A stretch of 64,000 bases of DNA from Eukaryota sp. GEM-RC1 (Eukaryota), in contig JAUFOQ010000002.1 in assembly GCA_040285855.1 (NCBI GenBank), forward strand, positions 1,178,001-1,242,000. The letters run 5' to 3'. The position numbers were made by a program, and so were the translations under genes. Every line of letters begins with the position of its first letter. Position 1 is the first letter of the stretch. Under the pieces are notes generated by a model. That model was not told the origin of the DNA, ran no database searches, and saw nothing but the letters and a program-made list of their open reading frames with translations. This document shows positions 38,651-51,241 of the stretch, piece by piece.

Positions 38651-39654
38651 CCTCATTCCAAGCTTAATTATAATAGGATAATAATCCACAAAATTTTCAG
38701 CTGCAAAATAAATTGACAAATGAGTTTGAACTCTTGGACTTTAATAATCGTGTTAGCATGGCTAAAACTAATAGTCCCGAGTTCGCTGGTTTTTTAATTG
38801 ACCTTTGTAATAGTGGACCTTCTGGATTTATTTCTCAAATTCCAAAGGTGTATGGATTACATCTATCTGATGAAGCTTGGATGATCAATATGCGTCTTCG
38901 TTTGGCTATTTGGCCTGCAAATCTATTAAACTATTCAACTCTTGTGGAACTAATGGTGTTTTTCGTCATTTAATTAATTGTCGTTATTTTATTCATCTAC
39001 GTGCAGTAATTCATGATGGTGTACGTGATTCTTGTTATTCCATGTTTAAAGCACATGGTTTTTACCCTAAAGTTGAACCAGTTTTGAATCATCTTTCAGA
39101 TAATGAATTTACTGATCAAAAAAGAGGGGATCTCCATTCTCCTTGGCTTATATCGAGTCAATCATTAATGGATTTTACTACAGTAGATGTTTGTAACAAA
39201 TCTTGTGTTAGTAGGATATTAGATTCTTCCTTTAATCCGTTAACAGCTGCTGAAAAGCTCAAACACTCCAAGTATGACTCTCAAGTAGAAGAATTTAATA
39301 GAAACTCATATTCCAAATTTGTGTTTCAACCTTTGTATGTTTCTCTTTTGGATCTATTAGTCCTGCTGGTGATCAATTTTTCAAGGATTTCGAAGAATTG
39401 CGTAAAGAAAAGAAGCGTAAGTTTAGAATGGCAGAATGGAAAAACCGTATAGTGTTTTCCATATATCGGAATATGCCTTTCTATTTCTCTAGATTAATTG
39501 AGAAATTGTACAAGTTTTGTGTAAAGGTTAATGTTGATAAACGTAATCTTTTAGCGGGTGGTGATGAAGTCGTTTGGATTTAATCTTAGTATTATTTGTG
39601 TTTTTACAATTTCATAGTTTTGTAGGAAGGTTACCTTATTGGGTACCGAATAAA
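38651..39654 (+). pseudogene. 3' part of a CRE-like non-LTR retrotransposon (Zn knuckle + restriction-like endonuclease)
   Basis: C...HLINC, IHDGVRD, RGDL, MDFTTVD, AEKLKHSKY, FVFQP motifs over frameshifted ORFs; ends near AATAAA. Confidence 0.8.
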
Positions 39655-39746
39655 ATTATCTATTCATGAACAAAACTTTATGATGTTGGTTCTCATTGAT
39701 TTACTTACATCAGTTAAACTACGATTCAAAACATATGGATTTGTTT

Positions 39747-41313
39747 TAGGAATGTTAATTAGTTCAGTTCAGTTCAGCTGTGAACTAGTTCAGTTCAGTT
39801 CATGAACTAGTTCAGTTCACTCATCTCTGTGAACTAGTTCAGTTCAGTTCACACCTCCATGAACTGAACTGAACTAAATGAACTTACATCATACTCCATT
39901 TTTTGTTACTACATAAATGTACTTTTTCACCACATATAAGGAACGGAGGATGAAGTATCCCATCAGTGTTATGAAATGTCCAACTTAAAACCTCGTAAGA
40001 ACGCAAGTGTTTAAAGATCAAATTTACCTTTTTCTTTGGTAAATTTATCTTTCTTAATGGTAAATTTACAGCAAAGAACCGAAAGCGGAAGAAGAAGGTC
40101 GTCGAAAGCAAGTGTTTGCAGAGTTTAACAAGTATATCACAGAAGCTACTTGTGACGTTTCATCCAGTTCTTTACACTATTGGACCCTAAATCACACCGC
40201 CTACCCTAGATTGTTAACACTCATTTGGAGAGATGCCACAATTCAAGCCAGTAGTGTTGTGTCTGAGCGTTTGTTTTCACTTCCAGGACTGATTGAATGT
40301 AAAAAAAGACCCGGGTGAAGTGATGATTCAGTTCAATCGCTTGTTTGCTTGCACTCGTGGTTAATTACTGATGTCTAATGTTAGTGTAATGACGTATTAG
40401 CCTCATCTGTATCATATATAAATTCACTTAACTCCACATCATGGTACCTAAAACCAACACTAATTAGAATATGTTTTTCAAAAAGTTTTATTAAATTTTG
40501 CAACGATTGAGTACTACATGTACTTGTTGATGACCTGTTGATTTGATCTTAGGCACATTATTGTGGAAATAATAGTATATTTGCTTCAGTTCATATAGTT
40601 CAGTTCAGTTCATGGTAGTCAGTGAACTAGTTCAGTTCAGTTCACACTTTTTTGAACTGAACTGAACTATTTACACTTCAGGAAACATTTAGTCTCACTG
40701 AGACTAATTTTGTCTTACCAATTTAGAAAAGTGCTCTTGTGAGACTATATTTGTCCTACAATTTCAAAATCCAACAACTTTTTTTTGGAAAATATCATTA
40801 AAAATATAATTAAACTGTTCTTTACAGTCCATAGATATGCTGTACAAACAACAAACAGCTGAAACGAAGTACTTCTGTAAGTTTACACTGTATACAACTG
40901 AATCTAGATCTCGTATTATTCTATTTGTGGCCAGGAATACACGTTTTCAGTAACATTGACTTCCGACACAATTCGAGAATCTTTTAAACGAGATCAAATT
41001 CCTGTTACATCTGATAATCATCAAGAAATAAGTGTACTATCATAAGTTGAGGGTGACTGATTGATTGGAGCCTAGATGATGACGATCATTGGTATGCTAG
41101 TGAGCAAATCTGAGTAGTGAAGTCGATTTTAACACTTCAACAATTGTGCAAAATTAGTCTCAGTACAGAATTAGTCTCAGTACAAAAATAGTCTCAGTAC
41201 AGAATTAGTCTCACTGAGATTTGGTGAGACTAATTCTGGGATGGTCAATTTAAATCTCGAGTACAGAATTAGTCTCAGTGAGACTAAATGTTTCCTGAAG
41301 TGTAACATTCCTA
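39747..41313 (+). mobile_element. hAT deletion derivative with a dimerization-domain remnant
   Basis: TIR TAGGAATGTTAAnTAGTTC (right one split by a nested MITE), TSD ATTTGTTT/ATTTGTCT, AGTTC subterminal arrays, 40112-40318 encodes W...YPRL...QASSVVSERLFS. Confidence 0.88.
40674..41302. mobile_element. Tc1/mariner-type MITE (629 bp)
   Basis: Perfect 36-bp TIR CACTTCAGGAAACATTTAGTCTCACTGAGACTAATT; TA TSD. Confidence 0.93.
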
Positions 41314-41446
41314 ATTTGTCTACACAAAAGGATTTTTAGGAATCACCCCAATACACGTTTGATGGAGTTTTTTAAAAGCCGAACACACATATAAACAACC
41401 ACAACTTGTTGACGTCATTACCAATACGTATTGAAAGTTTCCAGCA

Positions 41447-42650
41447 ATGGAAAATTTCGAAAAAATTCAGGCAAACTCTTTAGAGATGTATAGTGTGACT
41501 GAACTTAGCTACGCCTATGATATCCTCAGCTCTTTAAATGTTTCTACCTCTCTCCAAGCTATTAGGGTTAGACATTTACATCACATCATAAGAAGATCTT
41601 GTCTCGATCTGTCAAATCATCACATTTATGACACACTGCATTCTTTGTTTGATGTAAAATGTGGAACCGCTACATTCACTGGCCTTGTTCTGCTGCTCAG
41701 AGGAATATTCTTGTTGCAATCAGACCCAACATTGAACTTCTCCACAAGTAATCTTCACTCACTGGAGTTTATTACACCTGCTGTTCTTTCCAATTTTCCT
41801 GTCAGTCCCTTTGATCCTCACTCTCTTCCCTCTCCAGCTGAGCCACATCCCACTCCCGAGTTGTTCCTCAGTGCCCTACAACTGCTACAGACTCCAGCAC
41901 CACGTTTCTTGGCGAAGGATGTTGTTCTGAGAGCATTGAGTGGATTGACACGAACAGTTAATCCCGACGTATTTCAAATCCTTTCATATAACTTTTTGGG
42001 CTCAGATTACGTCTCTCTCGGAAATTTCATCTCGTTTTATTGTATTCTCTACAAGCTTCACGTTAAAGAAATCACCAGTATTGATTCTATTCACCCTTGC
42101 TTCTTCTATCTTCCTTCAAGTAAACCAATTACTGCTCAACCCGTCGCCATTGGTTCTGCGAATCAAAAACCTGATATGACACATCCAGAGAGGTCTTCAG
42201 GTATTAACATTATCCTTGATTCCTCCGCAGATGAGGGTGTTCACGACAACGACGATAGTTCTTCAGATGAAAGTGTTAAAACAGAAATTTCCCAAGTGTC
42301 CCTTGGACATGATAGAACATTAGTAGGTAACGATGGCAGGTTTGTTTCTTGCCTTTGTCCAAACTATTGTACTCCACGGCGTGTAACACTGATGTTAAAG
42401 GAACACGATTACGAATATTATGACAATTCAATCAAAGTCACAAATCCCAAGCCAAACGTTCGTACAAAAGTTTTGTTTGTTACATTTACTACTCCTGCTG
42501 AGGCTCAGCGATTTATTCAACACAAGTTATCTTTGGGAACGTTCGTTTTGGAAACCAAAACTAGTGAAATCTGTACCTGCTTACGTGTTTAACCGTACCC
42601 CACCTATGATTCAAGATACTGATTCGTCTGATTCTGATAATTATTTATAA
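41447..42650 (+). CDS. Paralog 1 of a tandem family: two EH/EF-hand-like domains + C-terminal RRM-like domain
   Basis: Shares TELxYAxDI, SLFxVxxGxxxFxxLxxLLRG, PHxxPSxxExxPT, NDGRFV and FVTF motifs with 44306 and 47466; probable indel near 42575. Confidence 0.7.
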
Positions 42651-43335
42651 TCACAATGGAAGTTGAAGCGTGTTGTCTCGATGTTATCTTAGTTGTGATT
42701 TCAAAAAAGTAAATAAATATTTGTATTTCTGGAGTCGTGTTTGGAAAAACTTTTATGTTTGCTTGAACACCATCTGTGACATTTATAACATGAACTTATG
42801 AATGAGATCATACGTTCAAACTGAACTGTGTGAGCAACAGAAATCTGTCATAGATATTTACTATTAATTGAGAATACAAATTCAGAAATGATACTGTGCT
42901 TTTCACAAGAGATCCTTAATTCACATTTTCACTCCCAATTTTGGACCCAATTTTTTCATTCCTTCGTTTAGTGTTTCCACAACACTTTTCATTGGATGAC
43001 CATAAACAACACGTTTGTGTCTTTTATAGTTCTCTACACACACTATATCCTTGCTTGCGGATGCTCTTGCTTCCTTTCTTCGTGTTGATTCAACCTTTTG
43101 TTGATATGAAATGCCACAAACTGTGACAGATCATCTTTTACACTCCTTCCCAGTCACTGGGTTGGTCTTTGCATCGAATTATACGTTGATTTTAGTTCAT
43201 CAGAACGACTCTGAAATTGTGAAAGTCTTCTCATGCTTCATCTATCTTTATGTATCGTCACCATCTTCTCTGCTAAGTTGTACTTTATGGACATCATCAT
43301 CATTTGGTTTGTAGATACTGAAATGTAAGGATCTT

Positions 43336-43600
43336 TTATGAGACAACACGGGTGTCAGGATCTGATAACTGTGTAGAACTATTTAGCGTCACTGTAGGAT
43401 ACGTTTCTGTATCATTTGTTTCATAAAGAATACAGTTTTTGCTTATGTTTTTCTGGTCCACTGTCTTTTTATGAACAAGGGAGCGATGAATAGTTGAGGG
43501 TGACACGCTTTTATTGAGATAAGTCTGAACTACTTTGGAGAATTCGTGTAGGAACAGAAGAGGTTTCATAATAGTAATTGAAATCATCTACATCACATTG
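43336..43600 (-). pseudogene. Possible IS630-Tc1-like transposase HTH remnant
   Basis: PLLFLHEF...LNKSVSPSTIHRSL resembles Tc1/IS630 winged-helix segments; surroundings degenerate. Confidence 0.35.
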
Positions 43601-44305
43601 GAAATTATTTAAAAGAAGAACCTCTCTAAAGCACTCACCGAATACGATTGATCCTGACATCTTCTCATTACAATTTGGAATGTTCTGTTCACTGTACATA
43701 ACACGTTGAATATGAATTATGCCCTTTTGCTGTGTCAATCTGTAACCGCTTAGGAAAAGTGTATTGAATTTTTGGGAAAGAACGTAAATATTAGGATGAA
43801 CAAACGATTTGATCGTATGTTATGGTTGAATCTTATCGTTTTTACTGTTTTTACAACAATTCCCTTAATCAGCTCATTATTAGCTGTGAGTTCCTTTTAT
43901 GAGCACAAAGCTACTGTAAGATTTGATAGCGACGGGTGTTGTTTTAACGATATCATATTTTAGTTGTTTAGTTTATTACATTTAGATTAAAATAATGTGA
44001 TCGATAAAAATGGACAGTTTTCCTCAAATTGTTCATTGATAATAGTATTGTTAGATAAACTAAAATGTTCAGTTACAAATGTTGTATAACCAAAAGTTGT
44101 AGTTACAGATGTCCTCTAATATCCCTTAAAAGTATGACCATTTAACTGCGTTATTGTTCAGAACACCTTTTATATCCACAATGTCATGTGCTGATAGTGT
44201 AACTCTTGTATGAACATAGGAATCGTTTATTGGATCAAAAGCGTTCAACAACCACCGTGACATGTTTTCTCACGTGTTTGAAATTTTCTTGGCAAATTCT
44301 TCAAC

Positions 44306-45384
44306 ATGTACTCTCTCACTGAATTAATCTATGCTAATGACATTCTTACATCACTGGATCCATCAGCATCTGCAGAAGCTATCAAAGTACGAATCGTGCA
44401 CAGTGTTATCTTTAAGTCAGGTCTCGATCTGTCAAATGTTTTTGTTTATGACACTCTGTACTCTTTGTTTTCTGTTAAACGTGGATACGTTCCATTCAAA
44501 GGTCTTGTTCTGCTTCTACGTGGAATAGCCTCATTTCAATCTGATCCATCATCTGTCATGCAGATGACTCAAGTTATGCCCGCTTTGATTCCCCATGTGC
44601 ATGTTACTCCATTTAAGACCCACAAAGTCCCATCTGCAGATGAGGCTTATCCCACCCTGAACTGTTTCTAATGGCATTGAAACGCATATCCACAACACAC
44701 ACCAACGAATTAAGTAAGCCTCATGCTCTGAGCTTGTTGACTGATGTTAAGCAAGATGTCAATCCTATTATGTTTAGTCATCTCTTGGCACTGTTCTTCC
44801 CCAAGACTGAAACGATTTCTACGCGCTTCTTCATATCACTGTTTTGCATCCTGTATAAGTTTCAGCAGAGACAGATTCCCAGCATTGAGTTGATTCCCGC
44901 TGCCATGCTGTATTTTCTACCTGATAGAGTGGATCCACCGGTACCGATACCGCCTGCCCCCAAGCGATTCCGAGTTGTTAATGGCAGCCAACCACGTGTT
45001 TCACCTCCATCGGTCACGTCATCATCTGATTTGCAGCATCCACGTGGTAATAATAAAAACAGGCCAGATAACAGAAAATCAAATGATGGCAGATTTGTCA
45101 CTTGTATGTGTCCCTTAAAATGGACTGCCAAAACACTGTCTCCTGCTTTGAGTATGTTCAAGTGTTATCCAAACTCAATAACTTTTACTCCAACTGCACC
45201 CGGTAAGTCAGGTAAACTTGTACATGTTACGTTTAAAACCGCTCAGGAAGCATTACGGTTTATTCAAGCCAGAATGAATGTTGGAGGTTTTATAATGAAA
45301 CCAACACATAGTCTGTCTGTACCGACTCATATATTTAATCGATTCCCACCTGATGACTCATCAACTTCTGAAGAGTCGGACTGA
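44306..45384 (+). CDS. Paralog 2 of the EH-EH-RRM-like family (frameshift ~44665)
   Basis: ORFs 44306-44671 and 44671-45384 align colinearly with paralog 1. Confidence 0.7.
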
Positions 45385-45566
45385 TTGTAGAGTCGGTAAT
45401 ATCTCCAGTGTCTTGGTGTGTTGCTGTCGCCACAACTTTCTTTCTGTCATGGTGATCTTTTGAGTAGATGCCGGGTTCTCAATGATGTATGTAAATATTG
45501 GTAACTGTTTCAAAATTATGTTGATAAATTGTACCTTTTTCATAACTACAGTAGTCTTTATAGGTA

Positions 45567-46732
45567 CACTAATCATGGTAATTAGTCTCACTCAGACTAA
45601 TTAGCATGTTAGAAAAAATAGTCTCACTCAGACTAATTATCATTGTTGGAAATTAGTCTCACCTCCAAAAAAAATTAATTGTCATTCATTATGATCAATT
45701 GAGTAGGAAAACAGTCGTTCGCTGCGTCTGCTTGGTTCTCTGACACAACAATCAGATTAGGATGGGTATACCAACTAGAAGGCTGTGCTAGAACAAGCTC
45801 ATTATTCAATAACCGACGGCCTGACTCAATTTCTTGACTTGTAAACACACACATCAGCGGAGACGCTATTCATAAGAAAATAGAAGAAATATCAACGTGG
45901 TTCAGTATTTGTATTCGTTGAATGTTGGTCCATTTTATAGGTATTTTATCACAAAAAGTGAGACTAATTTCCAATCGAGTTTCAGTTTGAAGCATACCTG
46001 GAAAATACAAGGGGTGAACAAAATACAAATACAAAAATGCAGATACAGCTTAAAATACAAAAATACAAAGGCAATGATGTTGTATTATCTGTATTTTTAG
46101 TAGTAGACAAAGACAACAATCATGTTAAATGATCGCCTTCATGTGCATGTATTTGGATTCGTTTCTATTAATACTTAAGTTAAACTATAATTCCTTCAGT
46201 AAATAGAGATTGGTCAATTGTCTCTCACTCCTAGTCAGACTCAATTCTGCTTTTTTTTCTTGTGGTCAGGTTTTGGCAAGTTTTTGTGTCCTGCTTTTGG
46301 AGAAACACAATCAAGGAGCAATTCGTCCTCCAAATATTCCTCGACCTAGTCCAGTAGACTACTGTAGTTTGTTCATCTGTCTTCTGTTTTGGTTGCTGAT
46401 AAACTACTACAACTATTTCGTCTTGTATCTTGATTGATATCATGTTTTTGTTTACTTCTTTAAATCACATGAAGAAAAATTGGAGATAAAAGAACTACAT
46501 GTACATCCAAAATAGGTACTTTTACAGGTCAGTAGGTTCAGAAACGCATTCCTAAAAAATTACAGTATTTTAATACTGAAAAACAAAAAATACAAATACA
46601 CAAATACACGAAATACAAAAATACAGAAAATACAGAAAAGTGTATTTTCCAGGTATGGTTTAAAGTGATACTACATGGGAATTAGTCTGAGTGAGACTAA
46701 TTCCCATGTGAGACTAATTACCATGAGTAGTG
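45567..46732. mobile_element. Tc1/mariner-type MITE
   Basis: 25-bp TIR CACTAnTCATGGTAATTAGTCTCAC (1 mismatch), TA TSD; AGTCTCAC motif shared with the 40674 MITE; a related end lies at ~19468. Confidence 0.88.
45993..46657. mobile_element. hAT MITE (665 bp) nested in the Tc1-type MITE
   Basis: TIR CATACCTGGAAAATACA, TSD GTTTGAAG/GTTTAAAG, AAAATAC subterminal repeats as in hAT 1. Confidence 0.9.
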
Positions 46733-46959
46733 TAGTGAACATACCCAAAGTTACAAATCAAAAAAATTGACTTCGTGATTTTGTGATTCACAACAAACAC
46801 ATCACAACAATCACAATGATTGAACAAAATCATTTTTGAAAAGCTTATAACCTGTAATAAACTACTAGAGTATTGCTCTTACGTTTAATTGCATTTTGTA
46901 AGACCTTCGCATTTTTCAAAATACGACATCTCGTACCTCTACTTGTAGGGAAATTTTTG

Positions 46960-47113
46960 ATACGCGTCGTCTTTACGGAAAAATCGATATTTTACGGAAA
47001 TGTTTTACCATACATAATTTCCGTATTTTACGGAAAACAACAGAGGGTATCGTACCGTATTTACGGCAATTCCATTGATACGCTATTTTAATTTTACGGT
47101 TTGACGATCACTG
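46960..47113. mobile_element. Orphan right end of the CAGTGATCGTCAAA MITE family
   Basis: Similar to ~29020-29173, ending TTTGACGATCACTG. Confidence 0.75.
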
Positions 47114-47465
47114 GTATGAGAGCGCCTTATGTCAGTATTTTGGTCACTTTTTACTGGCATAGCAATTTATTGTGATGTACGTTAGAAGAGTAATCACGTT
47201 AAACAGTACCGAGGGAAACACAAAGATACATTTAAAGTGCTTAGTGTCACCAACAAATACTCTTGCCTTGTTTCAGTCTTGCTTGGTCAGACACAACATA
47301 CATGAAATAACACCTGTCAAATTAAGACAAAAGTTTAGTAGAAAGTCGTGCTTTTTGTGTCAATCCAGAATATAAAAACGTCGTTTTCTTCCAAAATACT
47401 ATTTTGAAAATACGTCCGGTGTCTTCGAACACCACAATGATTTAATTTCTCAAAACTTTCAACCA

Positions 47466-48607
47466 ATGTTCTGTCTAACTGAACTAATCTATGCTTACGA
47501 TATCATTAAATCACTTATCGGAGATCATCTCAATGGATCTCCAGAATTAATTAAAGTTCGGTACATCCATCAATTGCTATCGAAGTCACGCCTTAACCTG
47601 ACGAGTGTACATTCTTATGACATGGTATACTCGCTGTTTGATGTTAACGATGGTCTAGTCACCTTCCACGATCTGATCATCCTGCTTCGAGGAGTCGCTT
47701 GTCTTCAGTCTGATTCCTCACGTGTCTTATCCGTAGACGACCTCTCCAACCTAAGTCGTGTCACTGCAGCCTCTCTGTCTGACATTCCTGTACAACCGTT
47801 TCCTCCTCATATCCTTCCCTCTCCGTATGAAAGTTATCCTACCCCAGAGTTGTTCATTAATGGTCTGAAGTATATTCAAAGGAAATCTCCTTCTGGACTT
47901 CCTGTGACACGTCAAATTGTTCCAGTTGTGTTTCAAGAATTTAAAAATATTGCAGATTTCGAACAAGTCGTCAATCTCTTTTCGACTTCAACACAATCCC
48001 TTTCTTCAAGATTATTTCTCTCTTCTGTGTCCTTTCCAAGATGAAAACTGGTGAGATTTCCAGCTTTTCGTCCATTCCTTCAGCTTTTTTTCAAGGGAAC
48101 GATTCTCCTCAATTACAGCCTGTTGCAAACTCTATTTTTGACTCTTCGCCATTCGTGAATTCACAAAAGATCAGTGAAAGTCCCCAGAAAAGTCCCAATT
48201 GTTCAACAATCAAAGAAGTTCTTGCTGTGTTGAGTTCTTCTTCTGATGACGAAAGTGTGATCTCAGGTATTTCCTATGGTTCTGACCGATCAAGACGTAA
48301 CAGTAACGACAAATCAATTAAAGTTCCCAACGATGGACGATTTGTCTCTTTTGTTATCAATTCTAAAACAAAGGCTTTCGCTATCAAGAAATTCTTAAAT
48401 TCCAGACGCTACCAATGGTATCCAACCTCACTGAAAAGGCTTAAGAGTAATAGCCCTGAAGTACTTAAGGTATTTATTACCTTTAAGTCATTAGATGAAG
48501 CTGATAGGTTTATTTCAGAGAATCATGTGATTGATGGATGGAAAATCAACGCACGTTTACTTCGTGTGGTTTCTTCTAATATCTTAGAACGATTTCCTCT
48601 GGATTGA
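47466..48607 (+). CDS. Paralog 3 of the EH-EH-RRM-like family (frameshift ~48020-48040)
   Basis: ORFs 47466-48044 and 48041-48607 carry the same motifs. Confidence 0.7.
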
Positions 48608-48802
48608 TGAGATTAAGTCTTTATTTCTTGATTTTTTTTATATGGTGTTTGTATTATATTGTAAATAGTCCTTTATATTTGTTTTTGTCTTCTTTCCTTT
48701 TTCCTTTTTTTTCTGCTGATGATTTTTTAAAAACGCAACCATAGTTTAGAAATTTCCTCCACACTACATAAACAGTTTTTTATGGAAATGAAGTTTTAAA
48801 TA

Positions 48803-48860
48803 CAGTCTTCCCTCGGTTTAGTGCCGCCGTTTGTACAGGCACTAAATCGAAGGAAGACGG
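48803..48860. mobile_element. 58-bp TIR-only mini element (pogo/Tigger-like ends)
   Basis: 23-bp inverted repeat CAGTCTTCCCTCGGTTTAGTGCC (3 mismatches), 12-bp spacer, TA on both sides. Confidence 0.65.
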
Positions 48861-48959
48861 TAGGAACTCTATAGTTACATTTTCATTGTCTATTACAGTG
48901 ATGCGAAAAAAATAATTAAATTACAATTAATTAATCTTAGAGTTTGTTTGTAACAATAA

Positions 48960-49340
48960 TTAATACATACTAATTCAGAAAATGAAAGAAGTTAAATTCT
49001 CCACATCAACACGAGAATTATCCCTATCCAACTTCGAATAAATGGAACTTAAATACTTGAGAATGCTTCTATAAAGAGCAAACATAGTTCAATTAATCCA
49101 TACAGCACTATTGAGAACCCATTAGTACGACATAAAAAAATACAATCAATGAAAAATTTTAAACCGGCTGGACCAATATTACCAAAAATTAAAATTGCAA
49201 ATGGAGCAAATGAAAACTTAGAATATAGATTTTCATTAAGCTTCTTCAAAGCATCCACATAATTTGAACACTTTCGCTGTTCAGCTTTTTCAAGATGACC
49301 ATTTGAATCATTCAAAATGGAGTCTTGGTGTACTTTAGCA
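48960..49340 (-). pseudogene. Degenerate 3' fragment of a CRE-like retroelement
   Basis: HLEKAEQRKCSNY...YSKFSFAPFAILIFGNIGPAG parallels the end of ORF 38877-39452. Confidence 0.7.
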
Positions 49341-49483
49341 AACGGGTAAAACTATGACTAAAGTACTTTATCACTTTAGTGAAGCCTGATGTACCAAACA
49401 TCATACAGTACATGTACAGTAGTACAGTAGTACAGTATCGATAGTTAATTGTTTTAAACGTTTCAAGTAAAAATTACTCCTCA

Positions 49484-51143
49484 ATGTCTGATAACTGGCT
49501 CATCGATTCTGCAGCCAATGACGACGACGACTTTGTCGTTCATACAAACACCAACTCACAACTTCCAATGTCCTTAGAAGAACTTCCTGCTTCCCACAAA
49601 GAACGTATACGTGTTGTCATCCGAAAACGTCCACTTTCTAAGAAAGAGTAAGCCTCACCTTCTTCACTTATTCCAGAATACAGAAAGGTGAACAGGACAT
49701 TACTACAGTTGAATCTCAGAACACCGTTGCTGTTCATGAACCCAAAGTCAAAGTAGACCTCACCAAGTACATTGAACGTCATCGTTTCGTTTTTGATGAA
49801 GTCTTTGACGACGACATGGATAACCAAGACCTTTACCAACGCACAGCCCAACCTCTCATTCCTTTTGTTTTTGCTGGTGGACGAGCTACTTGCTTCGCCT
49901 ACGGTCAAACTGGTGCTGGTTTGTTCCCACCCTTCTTTTCATCCCAGGTAAGACCTTCACCATGATGGGAAATGGAACCACTATCCCTGGTCTATATGTA
50001 CTTGCTGCTCGTGATATCTTTGCTTTACTACATAATCCTCAATACCATGGCTTCTGCGCTAGCGTCTCTTTCTTTGAAATTTATGCCGGCAAACTCTTTG
50101 ACCTGTTAAACGGCAAGAAACGTCTCTTCGCTAGAGCAGATCACAAGGATAACGTCTGCATCTCCGGAATTCAAGAGACCATTGTCCAGGACGAAGCCAC
50201 CCTACTCCAAGTTATTGATTTTGGGCTATCTTCAAGATCTACTGGAGCGACGGGAGTTAATGATGAATCTTCTCGTTCTCATGCTATTCTACAGATCTGT
50301 CTTGTAGAACGAAAATCCTCGAGAGTCCATGGAAAGTTTTCTTTTATTGATCTTGCAGGATCTGAGAGAGCCGCTGATACTAAATGTTCAGATAGAAAAA
50401 CACGTGTTGAAGGTGCTGACATCAACACATCGTTGTTGTCTCTTAAAGAGTGTATTAGGGCTCTAGATAAGGCTGCTACTCATTTGCCGTTCAGAGGGTC
50501 AAAACTAACGATGGTTCTTAAGGATTCTTTTATTGGTGACGCGAGAACTGTTATGATTGCTGCTATATCTCCGAATACTACCTCTGGAGTTAATACTTTG
50601 AACACACTTCGTTATGCTTTCAGAGTTAAGGAGCTGAAGAGTGGAGGAGGTGTTGGAGATGGTCATTGTGAGGAAAAGATGGTTGTTGGAGGTCATAAGG
50701 AACGAAGATCACTACCCCCGAGACCAATAGCAGTTGCACCGTCAGCTCCCGCTATTAAACCAAAGAGGAAGGCAGTGCAGTTTGAGTGGCGTGATGCAGA
50801 GATTTTAGATGTTTCTGAATCCGAGGACAAGTCTGAATCTGAAGATCCACTTTTGAAAACACATTCTGATATGTTACAAACCATTTTGGACCAGGGTGAG
50901 GATATCGTTAGTGCTCATAGACAACAAGTTGATTCTTTAATGGAGTTGTTAAAGGAGGATATGGTGTTGCTTAATTCAGTGGAAAGTCCTGAATCAGAGA
51001 TTGACCAGTATGTTCAACGTTTGGATTCAATTTTGGAACGGAAATTAGATGTTGTAACGGAATTGAAAGCAAAAGTTTCTAGTTTTAGAAGTGCACTAGA
51101 AGATGAAGAGAAATTGTCGCAAAGTTTCAGCAGGAAACGATAG
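49484..51143 (+). CDS. Kinesin-13 (KIF2/MCAK/KIF24-type); exons 49484-49647, 49677-49918, 49948-51143
   Basis: The spliced frame gives RIRVVIRKRPL, KVDLTKY, GQTGAGKT, SSRSH, DLAGSER and a coiled-coil tail. Confidence 0.95.
49648..49676 (+). other. Spliceosomal intron, 29 nt
   Basis: GTAAGC...TTCCAG; removal restores the kinesin-13 frame. Confidence 0.9.
49919..49947 (+). other. Spliceosomal intron, 29 nt
   Basis: GTTTGT...TCCCAG; removal restores P-loop GQTGAGKT. Confidence 0.92.
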
Positions 51144-51241
51144 TCCCAGTGTATATTTAATAGAAATTATTCAATGCTTTGTAAAATTTGATTTTTTTTA
51201 AATTAGTATTTATTCTACAATCTCTGTTGATAAACAAAGAA

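Noticed and set aside
39760..39885. AGTTC, AAAATAC, TGTATT and ATCAC short repeats as telomere or satellite sequence
   Set aside because: Each cluster lies just inside a TIR and is explained as subterminal transposase-binding repeats.
29347..51143. Alternative genetic code explaining broken ORFs
   Set aside because: Conserved genes end at TAA/TAG as expected, and the breaks are frame changes rather than in-frame stops.
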